Below are positions 13,714 to 26,968 of a stretch of DNA of 64,000 nucleotides, piece after piece. The DNA is from the human T2T-CHM13v2.0 reference genome, Homo sapiens. The stretch is taken from assembly GCF_009914755.1 (NCBI RefSeq), contig NC_060928.1; one strand, given 5' to 3'. Numbering within the stretch: position 1 is the stretch's first letter; every line of letters starts with the position of its first letter. Under the pieces are notes generated by a model, which saw nothing but the letters and a program-made list of their open reading frames with translations, did no database searches and was not told where the DNA came from. The translations under genes and the position numbers were made by a program.

Positions 13714-14900
13714 CATTCTCAGAAACTTCTTTGTGTTGTGTGTACTCATGTAACAGTGTTGAACCATCCTTTTGACAGAGCAGTTTTGAAACACTCTTTT
13801 TGTAGAATCTGCAAGTGGATATTTGGATAGCTTTGAGGATTTCGTTGGAAACGGGATGACATATAATATCTAGAGAGAAGCATTCTCAGGAACTTCTTTG
13901 TGCTGTTTGCATTCAAGTCACAGAATTGAACATTCCCTTTCATAGAGCAGATTTGAAACACTCTTTCTCTAGTATCTGGAAGTGGGCATTTCAAGCGCTT
14001 TCAGGCCTATTGAGAGAAAGGAAATACCTTCAAATAAAAACTAGACAGAAGCATTCTCAGAAACTTGTTTGTGATGTGTGTATTCAACTAACAGAGTTGA
14101 ACTTTTGTTTTTACAGAGCCGTTTTAAAACACTCTTTTTGTGGAATCAGAAAGTGGATATTCGGATGGCTCTGAGGATTTCGTTGGAAGCGGGATTACGT
14201 ATAAAATCTAGAGAGAAGCATTCTCAGGAACTTCTTTGTGATGTTTGCATTGAAGTCACAGAATTGAGCATTCACTTTGATAGAGCAGGTTTGAAACACT
14301 CATTCTGTAGTATCTGGAAGTGGACATTTCAAGCGCTTTCAGGCCTATGGTGAGAAAGGAAATATCTTCGAATAAAAACTAGACAGAAGCATCCTCAGAA
14401 ACTTATTTGTGATGTGTGTCCTCAACTAACAGAGTTGAAACTTTGTTTTGATACAGCATTTTGGAAACACTCTTTTTGTAGAATCTGCAGGTGGATATTT
14501 GGATAGCTTAGAGGGATTCGTTGGAAAGGGGATATCTTCATATAAAATCTAGACAGAAGCATTCTCAGAAACTTATTTGTGATGTGTGTCCTCAACTAAC
14601 AGAGTTGAACCTTGGTTTTGATACAGCATTTTGGAAACACTCCTTTTGTAGAATCTGCAGGTGGATATGTGGATAGCTCTGAAGATTTCGTTGGAAACGG
14701 GAATTTCTTCATATAAAATCAAACAGAAGCATTCTCAGAAACTTCTCAGTGATGTTTGCATTCAGCTCATGGAGTTGAACACTTCCTTTCATAGAGCCGG
14801 TTTGAAACACTCTTTCTGCACTACCTGGAAGAGGACATTTCGAGCGCTTTGAGTCCTATGGTGAAAAAGGAAATATCTTCTCATAAAAACCAGAAAGAAG
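13714..14900 (+). repeat. 7-mer HOR variant (1187 bp)
   Basis: Same b-to-o junction, at ~14052. Confidence 0.92.
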
Positions 14901-17900
14901 CATTCTCAGAAACTTCTTTGTGTTGTGTGTACTCATGTAACAGTGTTGAACCATCCTTTTGACAGAGCAGTTTTGAAACACTCTTTTTGTAGAATCTGCA
15001 AGTGGATATTTGGATAGCTTTGAGGATTTCGTTGGAAACGGGATGACATATAATATCTAGAGAGAAGCATTCTCAGGAACTTCTTTGTGATGTTTGCATT
15101 CAAGTCACAGAATTGAACATTCCCTTTCATAGAGCAGGTTTGAAACACTCTTTCTCTAGTATCTGGAAGTGGGCATTTCAAGCGCTTTCAGGCCTATGGA
15201 GAGAAAGGAAATACCTTCAAATAAAAACTAGACAGAAGCATTCTCAGAAACTTATTTGTGATGTGTGTCCTCAACTAACAGAGTTGAACCTTTGTTTTGA
15301 TACAGCATTTTGGAAACACTCCTTTTGTAGAATCTGCAGGTGGATATTTGGATAACTTTGAAGATTTCGTTGGAAACCGGAATATCTTCATATAAAATCA
15401 AGACAGAAGCATTCTCGGAAACATCTCTGTGATGTTTGCATTCAACTCAGTAGAGTTGAACACTTCCTTTCATAGAGCCGGTTTGAAACACTCTTTCTGC
15501 ACTACCTGGAAGCGGACATTTCGAGCGCTTTGAGGCCTATGGTGAAAAAGGAAATATCTTCTCATAAAAACCAGAAAGAAGCATTCTCAGAAACTTCTTT
15601 GTGTTGTGTGTACTCAAGTAACAGTGTTGAACCTTCCTTTTGACACAGCAGTTTTGAAACACTCTTTTGGTAGAATCTGCAAGTGGATATTTGGATAGCT
15701 TTGAGGATTTCGTTGGAAACGGGTTATCTTCATATAAAATCCAGACAGGAGCATTCTCAGAAACTTCTTTGTGCTGCATGTCCTCAATTCACAGAGCTGA
15801 ACCTTTGTTTGGATACAGCATTTTGGAAACATTCCTTTAGTAGAATCTGCAAGTTGATATTTAGATAGCTTTGAAGATTTCGTTGGAAACGGGAATATCT
15901 TCATAGAAAATCTAGACGGAAGCATTCTCAGAAACTGCTTTGTGATGTTTGCATTCAAGTCACAGAGTTGAATATTCCCTTTTATAGAGTAGGTTTGAAA
16001 CACTCTTTCGGCACTACCTGGAAGTGGATATTTCGAGCTCTTTGAGGCCTATGGTTAAAAGGAAATATCTTCCCATAAAAACTAGACAGAAGCTGTCTCA
16101 GAAACTTGTTTGTGATGTGTGTATTCAACTAACAGAGTTGAACATTTCTGTTACAGAGCAATTTTAAAACACTCTTTTTGTGGAATCTGAAAGTGGATAA
16201 TTGGATAGCTTTGTGGATTTCGTTGGAAACGGGATGACGTATAAAATCTAGAGAGAAGCATTCTCAGGAACTTCTTTGTGATGTTTGCATTCAAGTCACA
16301 GAATTGAACATTCCTTTTCATAGTGCAGGTTTGAAACACTCTTTCTGTAGTATCTGGAAGTGGACATTTCAAGCGCTTTCAGGCCTACGGGGAGAAAGGA
16401 AATATCTTCAAATAAAAACTAGACAGAAGGATTCTCAGAAACTTATTTGTGATGTGTGTCCTAAACGAACACAGTTGAACCTTTGTTTAGATACAGCATT
16501 TTGGAAACACTCCTTTTGTAGGATCTGCAGGTGGATATTTGGATAGATTTTAAGATTTCGTTGGAAACGGGAGTTTCTTCATAGAAACTCAAGACAGATG
16601 CATTCTCAGAAACATCTCTGTGATGTTTGCATTCCACTCATAGAGTTGAAAACTTCCTTTCATAGAGCAGGTTTGAAACACTCTTTTTGTAATATTTGGA
16701 AGTGGACATTTGCAGCGCTTTGAGGCCTATGGTGAAAAAGGAAATATCTTCTCATAAAAACCAGAAACAAGCATTCTCAGAAACTTCTTTTTGATGTGTG
16801 TACTCAAGTAACAGAGTTGAACCTTCCTTTTGACACAGCAGTTTTGAAACAATCTTTTTGTAGAATCTGCAAGTGGATATTTGGATAGCTTTGAGGATTT
16901 CGTTGGAAACGGGATATCTTCATATAAAATCTAGACAGAAGCATTCTCAGAAACTTCTTTGTGCTGTATGTCCTCAATTAACAGAGTTGAACCATTGCTT
17001 GGATACAGCATTTTGGAAACATTCCTTGAGTAGAATCTGCAAGTTGATATTTAGATAGATTTGAAGATTTCGTTGGAAAAGGGAATATCTCCATATAAAA
17101 TCTAGACGGAAGCATTCTCAGAAACTGCTTTGTGATGTTTCCATTCAAGTCACAGAGTTGAATATTCCCTTTTATAGAGCACGTTTGAAACACTCTTTCT
17201 GCACTATCTGGAAGTGGACATTTCGAGCGCTTTGAGGCCTATGGTGAAAAAGGAAATATCTTCCCATAAAAATTAGACAGAAGCATTCTCAGAAACTTGT
17301 TTGTGATGTGTGTATTCAACTAACAGAGTTGAACTTTTGTTTTTACAGAGCCGTTTTAAAACACTCTTTTTGTGGAATCAGAAAGTGGATATTCGGATGG
17401 CTCTGAGGATTTCGTTGGAAGCGGGATTACATATAAAATCTAGAGAGAAGCATTCTCAGGAACTTCTTTGTGATGTTTGCATTGAAGTCACAGAATTGAA
17501 CATTCACTTTGATAGAGCAGGTTTGAAACACTCATTCTGTAGTATCTGGAAGTGGACATTTCAAGCGCTTTCAGGCCTATGGTGAAAAAGGAAATATCTT
17601 CGAATAAAAACTAGACAGAAGCATCCTCAGAAACTTATTTGTGATGTGTGTCCTCAACTAACAGAGTTGAAACTTTGTTTTGATACAGCATTTTGGAAAC
17701 ACTCCTTTTGTAGAATCTGCAGGTGGATATGTGGATAGCTCTGAAGATTTCGTTGGAAACGGGAATTTCTTCATATAAAATCAAACAGAAGCATTCTCAG
17801 AAACTTCTCAGTGATGTTTGCATTCAGCTCATGGAGTTGAACACTTCCTTTCATAGAGCCGGTTTGAAACACTCTTTCTGCACTACCTGGAAGAGGCCAT

Positions 17901-17962
17901 TTCGAGCGCTTTGAGTCCTATGGTGAAAAAGGAAATATCTTCTCATAAAAACCAGAAAGAAG

Positions 17963-19149
17963 CATTCTCAGAAACTTCTTTGTGTTGTGTGTACTCATGT
18001 AACAGTGTTGAACCATCCTTTTGACAGAGCAGTTTTGAAACACTCTTTTTGTAGAATCTGCAAGTGGATATTTGGATAGCTTTGAGGATTTCGTTGGAAA
18101 CGGGATGACATATAATATCTAGAGAGAAGCATTCTCAGGAACTTCTTTGTGCTGTTTGCATTCAAGTCACAGAATTGAACATTCCCTTTCATAGAGCAGA
18201 TTTGAAACACTCTTTCTCTAGTATCTGGAAGTGGGCATTTCAAGCGCTTTTAGGCCTATTGAGAGAAAGGAAATACCTTCAAATAAAAACTAGACAGAAG
18301 CATTCTCAGAAACTTGTTTGTGATGTGTGTATTCAACTAACAGAGTTGAACTTTTGTTTTTACAGAGCCGTTTTAAAACACTCTTTTTGTGGAATCAGAA
18401 AGTGGATATTCGGATGGCTCTGAGGATTTCGTTGGAAGCGGGATTACGTATAAAATCTAGAGAGAAGCATTCTCAGGAACTTCTTTGTGATGTTTGCATT
18501 GAAGTCACAGAATTGAACATTCACTTTGATAGAGCAGGTTTGAAACACTCATTCTGTAGTATCTGGAAGTGGACATTTCAAGCGCTTTCAGGCCTATGGT
18601 GAGAAAGGAAATATCTTCGAATAAAAACTAGACAGAAGCATCCTCAGAAACTTATTTGTGATGTGTGTCCTCAACTAACAGAGTTGAAACTTTGTTTTGA
18701 TACAGCATTTTGGAAACACTCTTTTTGTAGAATCTGCAGGTGGATATTTGGATAGCTTAGAGGGATTCATTGGAAAGGGGATATCTTCATATAAAATCTA
18801 GACAGAAGCATTCTCAGAAACTTATTTGTGATGTGTGTCCTCAACTAACAGAGTTGAACCTTGGTTTTGATACAGCATTTTGGAAACACTCCTTTTGTAG
18901 AATCTGCAGGTGGATATGTGGATAGCTCTGAAGATTTCGTTGGAAACGGGAATTTCTTCATATAAAATCAAACAGAAGCATTCTCAGAAACTTCTCAGTG
19001 ATGTTTGCATTCAGCTCATGGAGTTGAACACTTCCTTTCATAGAGCCGGTTTGAAACACTCTTTCTGCACTACCTGGAAGAGGACATTTCGAGCGCTTTG
19101 AGTCCTATGGTGAAAAAGGAAATATCTTCTCATAAAAACCAGAAAGAAG
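17963..19149 (+). repeat. 7-mer HOR variant (1187 bp)
   Basis: Same b-to-o junction, at 18301. Confidence 0.92.
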
Positions 19150-22100
19150 CATTCTCAGAAACTTCTTTGTGTTGTGTGTACTCATGTAACAGTGTTGAAC
19201 CATCCTTTTGACAGAGCAGTTTTGAAACACTCTTTTTGTAGAATCTGCAAGTGGATATTTGGATAGCTTTGAGGATTTCGTTGGAAACGGGATGACATAT
19301 AATATCTAGAGAGAAGCATTCTCAGGAACTTCTTTGTGATGTTTGCATTCAAGTCACAGAATTGAACATTCCCTTTCATAGAGCAGGTTTGAAACACTCT
19401 TTCTCTAGTATCTGGAAGTGGGCATTTCAAGCGCTTTCAGGCCTATGGAGAGAAAGGAAATACCTTCAAATAAAAACTAGACAGAAGCATTCTCAGAAAC
19501 TTATTTGTGATGTGTGTCCTCAACTAACAGAGTTGAACCTTTGTTTTGATACAGCATTTTGGAAACACTCCTTTTGTAGAATCTGCAGGTGGATATTTGG
19601 ATAACTTTGAAGATTTCGTTGGAAACCGGAATATCTTCATATAAAATCAAGACAGAAGCATTCTCGGAAACATCTCTGTGATGTTTGCATTCAACTCAGT
19701 AGAGTTGAACACTTCCTTTCATAGAGCCGGTTTGAAACACTCTTTCTGCACTACCTGGAAGCGGACATTTCGAGCGCTTTGAGGCCTATGGTGAAAAAGG
19801 AAATATCTTCTCATAAAAACCAGAAAGAAGCATTCTCAGAAACTTCTTTGTGTTGTGTGTACTCAAGTAACAGTGTTGAACCTTCCTTTTGACACAGCAG
19901 TTTTGAAACACTCTTTTGGTAGAATCTGCAAGTGGATATTTGGATAGCTTTGAGGATTTCGTTGGAAACGGGTTATCTTCATATAAAATCCAGACAGGAG
20001 CATTCTCAGAAACTTCTTTGTGCTGCATGTCCTCAATTCACAGAGCTGAACCTTTGTTTGGATACAGCATTTTGGAAACATTCCTTTAGTAGAATCTGCA
20101 AGTTGATATTTAGATAGCTTTGAAGATTTCGTTGGAAACGGGAATATCTTCATAGAAAATCTAGACGGAAGCATTCTCAGAAACTGCTTTGTGATGTTTG
20201 CATTCAAGTCACAGAGTTGAATATTCCCTTTTATAGAGTAGGTTTGAAACACTCTTTCGGCACTACCTGGAAGTGGATATTTCGAGCTCTTTGAGGCCTA
20301 TGGTTAAAAGGAAATATCTTCCCATAAAAACTAGACAGAAGCCGTCTCAGAAACTTGTTTGTGATGTGTGTATTCAACTAACAGAGTTGAACATTTCTGT
20401 TACAGAGCAATTTTAAAACACTCTTTTTGTGGAATCTGAAAGTGGATAATTGGATAGCTTTGTGGATTTCGTTGGAAACGGGATGACGTATAAAATCTAG
20501 AGAGAAGCATTCTCAGGAACTTCTTTCTGATGTTTGCATTCAAGTCACAGAATTGAACATTCCTTTTCATAGTGCAGGTTTGAAACACTCTTTCTGTAGT
20601 ATCTGGAAGTGGACATTTCAAGCGCTTTCAGGCCTACGGGGAGAAAGGAAATATCTTCAAATAAAAACTAGACAGAAGGATTCTCAGAAACTTATTTGTG
20701 ATGTGTGTCCTAAACGAACACAGTTGAACCTTTGTTTAGATACAGCATTTTGGAAACACTCCTTTTGTAGGATCTGCAGGTGGATATTTGGATAGATTTT
20801 AAGATTTCGTTGGAAACGGGAGTTTCTTCATAGAAACTCAAGACAGATGCATTCTCAGAAACATCTCTGTGATGTTTGCATTCCACTCATAGAGTTGAAA
20901 ACTTCCTTTCATAGAGCAGGTTTGAAACACTCTTTTTGTAATATTTGGAAGTGGACATTTGCAGCGCTTTGAGGCCTATGGTGAAAAAGGAAATATCTTC
21001 TCATAAAAACCAGAAACAAGCATTCTCAGAAACTTCATTTTGATGTGTGTACTCAAGTAACAGAGTTGAACCTTCCTTTTGACACAGCAGTTTTGAAACA
21101 ATCTTTTTGTAGAATCTGCAAGTGGATATTTGGATAGCTTTGAGGATTTCGTTGGAAACGGGATATCTTCATATAAAATCTAGACAGAAGCATTCTCAGA
21201 AACTTCTTTGTGCTGTATGTCCTCAATTAACAGAGTTGAACCATTGCTTGGATACAGCATTTTGGAAACATTCCTTTAGTAGAATCTGCAAGTTGATATT
21301 TAGATAGATTTGAAGATTTCGTTGGAAAAGGGAATATCTCCATATAAAATCTAGACGGAAGCATTCTCAGAAACTGCTTTGTGATGTTTCCATTCAAGTC
21401 ACAGAGTTGAATATTCCCTTTTATAGAGCACGTTTGAAACACTCTTTCTGCACTATCTGGAAGTGGAAATTTCGAGCGCTTTGAGGCCTATGGTGAAAAA
21501 GGAAATATCTTCCCATAAAAATTAGACAGAAGCATTCTCAGAAACTTGTTTGTGATGTGTGTATTCAACTAACAGAGTTGAACTTTTGTTTTTACAGAGC
21601 CGTTTTAAAACACTCTTTTTGTGGAATCAGAAAGTGGATATTCGGATGGCTCTGAGGATTTCGTTGGAAGCGGGATTACATATAAAATCTAGAGAGAAGC
21701 ATTCTCAGGAACTTCTTTGTGATGTTTGCATTGAAGTCACAGAATTGAACATTCACTTTGATAGAGCAGGTTTGAAACACTCATTCTGTAGTATCTGGAA
21801 GTGGACATTTCAAGCGCTTTCAGGCCTATGGTGAAAAAGGAAATATCTTCGAATAAAAACTAGACAGAAGCATCCTCAGAAACTTATTTGTGATGTGTGT
21901 CCTCAACTAACAGAGTTGAAACTTTGTTTTGATACAGCATTTTGGAAACACTCCTTTTGTAGAATCTGCAGGTGGATATGTGGATAGCTCTGAAGATTTC
22001 GTTGGAAACGGGAATTTCTTCATATAAAATCAAACAGAAGCATTCTCAGAAACTTCTCAGTGATTTTTGCATTCAGCTCATGGAGTTGAACACTTCCTTT

Positions 22101-22211
22101 CATAGAGTCGGTTTGAAACACTCTTTCTGCACTACCTGGAAGAGGCCATTTCGAGCGCTTTGAGTCCTATGGTGAAAAAGGAAATATCTTCTCATAAAAA
22201 CCAGAAAGAAG

Positions 22212-25200
22212 CATTCTCAGAAACTTCTTTGTGTTGTGTGTACTCATGTAACAGTGTTGAACCATCCTTTTGACAGAGCAGTTTTGAAACACTCTTTTTG
22301 TAGAATCTGCAAGTGGATATTTGGATAGCTTTGAGGATTTCGTTGGAAACGGGATGACATATAATATCTAGAGAGAAGCATTCTCAGGAACTTCTTTGTG
22401 CTGTTTGCATTCAAGTCACAGAATTGAACATTCCCTTTCATAGAGCAGATTTGAAACACTCTTTCTCTAGTATCTGGAAGTGGGCATTTCAAGCGCTTTC
22501 AGGCCTATTGAGAGAAAGGAAATACCTTCAAATAAAAACTAGACAGAAGCATTCTCAGAAACTTGTTTGTGATGTGTGTATTCAACTAACAGAGTTGAAC
22601 TTTTGTTTTTACAGAGCCGTTTTAAAACACTCTTTTTGTGGAATCAGAAAGTGGATATTCGGATGGCTCTGAGGATTTCGTTGGAAGCGGGAATACATAT
22701 AAAATCTAGAGAGAAGCATTCTCAGGAACTTCTTTGTGATGTTTGCATTGAAGTCACAGAATTGAGCATTGACTTTGATAGAGCAGGTTTGAAACACTCA
22801 TTCTGTAGTATCTGGAAGTGGACATTTCAAGCGCTTTCAGGCCTATGGTGAGAAAGGAAATATCTTCGAATAAAAACTAGACAGAAGCATCCTCAGAAAC
22901 TTATTTGTGATGTGTGTCCTCAACTAACAGAGTTGAAACTTTGTTTTGATACAGCATTTTGGAAACACTCTTTTTGTAGAATCTGCAGGTGGATATTTGG
23001 ATAGCTTAGAGGGATTCGTTGGAAAGGGGATATCTTCATATAAAATCTAGACAGAAGCATTCTCAGAAACTTATTTGTGATGTGTGTCCTCAACTAACAG
23101 AGTTGAACCTTTGTTTTGATACAGCATTTTGGAAACACTCCTTTTGTAGAATCTGCAGGTGGATATTTGGATAACTTTGAAGATTTCGTTGGAAACCGGA
23201 ATATCTTCATATAAAATCAAGACAGAAGCATTCTCGGAAACATCTCTGTGATGTTTGCATTCAACTCAGTAGAGTTGAACACTTCCTTTCATAGAGCCGG
23301 TTTGAAACACTCTTTCTGCACTACCTGGAAGCGGACATTTCGAGCGCTTTGAGGCCTATGGTGAAAAAGGAAATATCTTCTCATAAAAACCAGAAAGAAG
23401 CATTCTCAGAAACTTCTTTGTGTTGTGTGTACTCAAGTAACAGTGTTGAACCTTCCTTTTGACACAGCAGTTTTGAAACACTCTTTTGGTAGAATCTGCA
23501 AGTGGATATTTGGATAGCTTTGAGGATTTCGTTGGAAACGGGTTATCTTCATATAAAATCCAGACAGGAGCATTCTCAGAAACTTCTTTGTGCTGCATGT
23601 CCTCAATTCACAGAGCTGAACCTTTGTTTGGATACAGCATTTTGGAAACATTCCTTTAGTAGAATCTGCAAGTTGATATTTAGATAGCTTTGAAGATTTC
23701 GTTGGAAACGGGAATATCTTCATAGAAAATCTAGACGGAAGCATTCTCAGAAACTGCTTTGTGATGTTTGCATTCAAGTCACAGAGTTGAATATTCCCTT
23801 TTATAGAGTAGGTTTGAAACACTCTTTCGGCACTACCTGGAAGTGGATATTTCGAGCTCTTTGAGGCCTATGGTTAAAAGGAAATATCTTCCCATAAAAA
23901 CTAGACAGAAGCCGTCTCAGAAACTTGTTTGTGATGTGTGTATTCAACTAACAGAGTTGAACATTTCTGTTACAGAGCAATTTTAAAACACTCTTTTTGT
24001 GGAATCTGAAAGTGGATAATTGGATAGCTTTGTGGATTTCGTTGGAAACGGGATGACGTATAAAATCTAGAGAGAAGCATTCTCAGGAACTTCTTTCTGA
24101 TGTTTGCATTCAAGTCACAGAATTGAACATTCCTTTTCATAGTGCAGGTTTGAAACACTCTTTCTGTAGTATCTGGAAGTGGACATTTCAAGCGCTTTCA
24201 GGCCTACGGGGAGAAAGGAAATATCTTCAAATAAAAACTAGACAGAAGGATTCTCAGAAACTTATTTGTGATGTGTGTCCTAAACGAACACAGTTGAACC
24301 TTTGTTTAGATACAGCCTTTTGGAAACACTCCTTTTGTAGGATCTGCAGGTGGATATTTGGATAGATTTTAAGATTTCGTTGGAAACGGGAGTTTCTTCA
24401 TAGAAACTCAAGACAGATGCATTCTCAGAAACATCTCTGTGATGTTTGCATTCCACTCATAGAGTTGAAAACTTCCTTTCATAGAGCAGGTTTGAAACAC
24501 TCTTTTTGTAATATTTGGAAGTGGACATTTGCAGCGCTTTGAGGCCTATGGTGAAAAAGGAAATATCTTCTCATAAAAACCAGAAACAAGCATTCTCAGA
24601 AACTTCATTTTGATGTGTGTACTCAAGTAACAGAGTTGAACCTTCCTTTTGACACAGCAGTTTTGAAACAATCTTTTTGTAGAATCTGCAAGTGGATATT
24701 TGGATAGCTTTGAGGATTTCGTTGGAAACGGGATATCTTCATATAAAATCTAGACAGAAGCATTCTCAGAAACTTCTTTGTGCTGTATGTCCTCAATTAA
24801 CAGAGTTGAACCATTGCTTGGATACAGCATTTTGGAAACATTCCTTTAGTAGAATCTGCAAGTTGATATTGAGATAGATTTGAAGATTTCGTTGGAAAAG
24901 GGAATATCTCCATATAAAATCTAGACGGAAGCATTCTCAGAAACTGCTTTGTGATGTTTCCATTCAAGTCACAGAGTTGAATATTCCCTTTTATAGAGCA
25001 CGTTTGAAACACTCTTTCTGCACTATCTGGAAGTGGACATTTCGAGCGCTTTGAGGCCTATGGTGAAAAAGGAAATATCTTCCCATAAAAATTAGACAGA
25101 AGCATTCTCAGAAACTTGTTTGTGATGTGTGTATTCAACTAACAGAGTTGAACTTTTGTTTTTACAGAGCCGTTTTAAAACACTCTTTTTGTGGAATCAG

Positions 25201-25781
25201 AAAGTGGATATTCGGATGGCTCTGAGGATTTCGTTGGAAGCGGGATTACATATAAAATCTAGAGAGAAGCATTCTCAGGAACTTCTTTGTGATGTTTGCA
25301 TTGAAGTCACAGAATTGAACATTCACTTTGATAGAGCAGGTTTGAAACACTCATTCTGTAGTATCTGGAAGTGGACATTTCAAGCGCTTTCAGGCCTATG
25401 GTGAAAAAGGAAATATCTTCGAATAAAAACTAGACAGAAGCATCCTCAGAAACTTATTTGTGATGTGTGTCCTCAACTAACAGAGTTGAAACTTTGTTTT
25501 GATACAGCATTTTGGAAACACTCCTTTTGTAGAATCTGCAGGTGGATATGTGGATAGCTCTGAAGATTTCGTTGGAAACGGGAATTTCTTCATATAAAAT
25601 CAAACAGAAGCATTCTCAGAAACTTCTCAGTGATGTTTGCATTCAGCTCATGGAGTTGAACACTTCCTTTCATAGAGTCGGTTTGAAACACTCTTTCTGC
25701 ACTACCTGGAAGAGGCCATTTCGAGCGCTTTGAGTCCTATGGTGAAAAAGGAAATATCTTCTCATAAAAACCAGAAAGAAG
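22212..25781 (+). repeat. 21-mer variant a-b-o-p-q-c...p-q/r-s (3570 bp)
   Basis: After q (22888) the next monomer (23058) is c (aacctttg, ggaaaccgg) rather than r; 4249-679=3570. Confidence 0.9.
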
Positions 25782-26968
25782 CATTCTCAGAAACTTCTTT
25801 GTGTTGTGTGTACTCATGTAACAGTGTTGAACCATCCTTTTGACAGAGCAGTTTTGAAACACTCTTTTTGTAGAATCTGCAAGTGGATGTTTGGATAGCT
25901 TTGAGGATTTCGTTGGAAACGGGATGACATATAATATCTAGAGAGAAGCATTCTCAGGAACTTCTTTGTGCTGTTTGCATTCAAGTCACAGAATTGAACA
26001 TTCCCTTTCATAGAGCAGATTTGAAACACTCTTTCTCTAGTATCTGGAAGTGGGCATTTCAAGCGCTTTCAGGCCTATTGAGAGAAAGGAAATACCTTCA
26101 AATAAAAACTAGTCAGAAGCATTCTCAGAAACTTGTTTGTGATGTGTGTATTCAACTAACAGAGTTGAACTTTTGTTTTTACAGAGCCGTTTTAAAACAC
26201 TCTTTTTGTGGAATCAGAAAGTGGATATTCGGATGGCTCTGAGGATTTCGTTGGAAGCGGGAATACATATAAAATCTAGAGAGAAGCATTCTCAGGAACT
26301 TCTTTGTGATGTTTGCATTGAAGTCACAGAATTGAACATTCACTTTGATAGAGCAGGTTTGAAACACTCATTCTGTAGTATCTGGAAGTGGACATTTCAA
26401 GCGCTTTCAGGCCTATGGTGAGAAAGGAAATATCTTCGAATAAAAACTAGACAGAAGCATCCTCAGAAACTTATTTGTGATGTGTGTCCTCAACTAACAG
26501 GGTTGAAACTTTGTTTTGATACAGCATTTTGGAAACACTCTTTTTGTAGAATCTGCAGGTGGATATTTGGATAGCTTAGAGGGATTCGTTGGAAAGGGGA
26601 TATCTTCATATAAAATCTAGACAGAAGCATTCTCAGAAACTTATTTGTGATGTGTGTCCTCAACTAACAGAGTTGAACCTTGGTTTTGATACAGCATTTT
26701 GGAAACGCTCCTTTTGTAGAATCTGCAGGTGGATATGTGGATAGCTCTGAAGATTTCGTTGGAAACGGGAATTTCTTCATATAAAATCAAACAGAAGCAT
26801 TCTCAGAAACTTCTCAGTGATGTTTGCATTCAGCTCATGGAGTTGAACACTTCCTTTCATAGAGCCGGTTTGAAACACTCTTTCTGCACTACCTGGAAGA
26901 GGACATTTCGAGCGCTTTGAGTCCTATGGTGAAAAAGGAAATATCTTCTCATAAAAACCAGAAAGAAG
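25782..26968 (+). repeat. 7-mer HOR variant (1187 bp)
   Basis: Same b-to-o junction, at ~26120. Confidence 0.92.

Larger units (their letters stand above)
6403..26968 (+). repeat. Block of 25-mer (18+7, 4249 bp) super-HOR repeats, including one 21-mer derivative
   Basis: Monomer-a starts 6403, 9465, 10652, 13714, 14901, 17963, 19150, 22212, 25782, 26969 give spacings 3062/1187 three times, then 3062, 3570, 1187. Confidence 0.92.
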
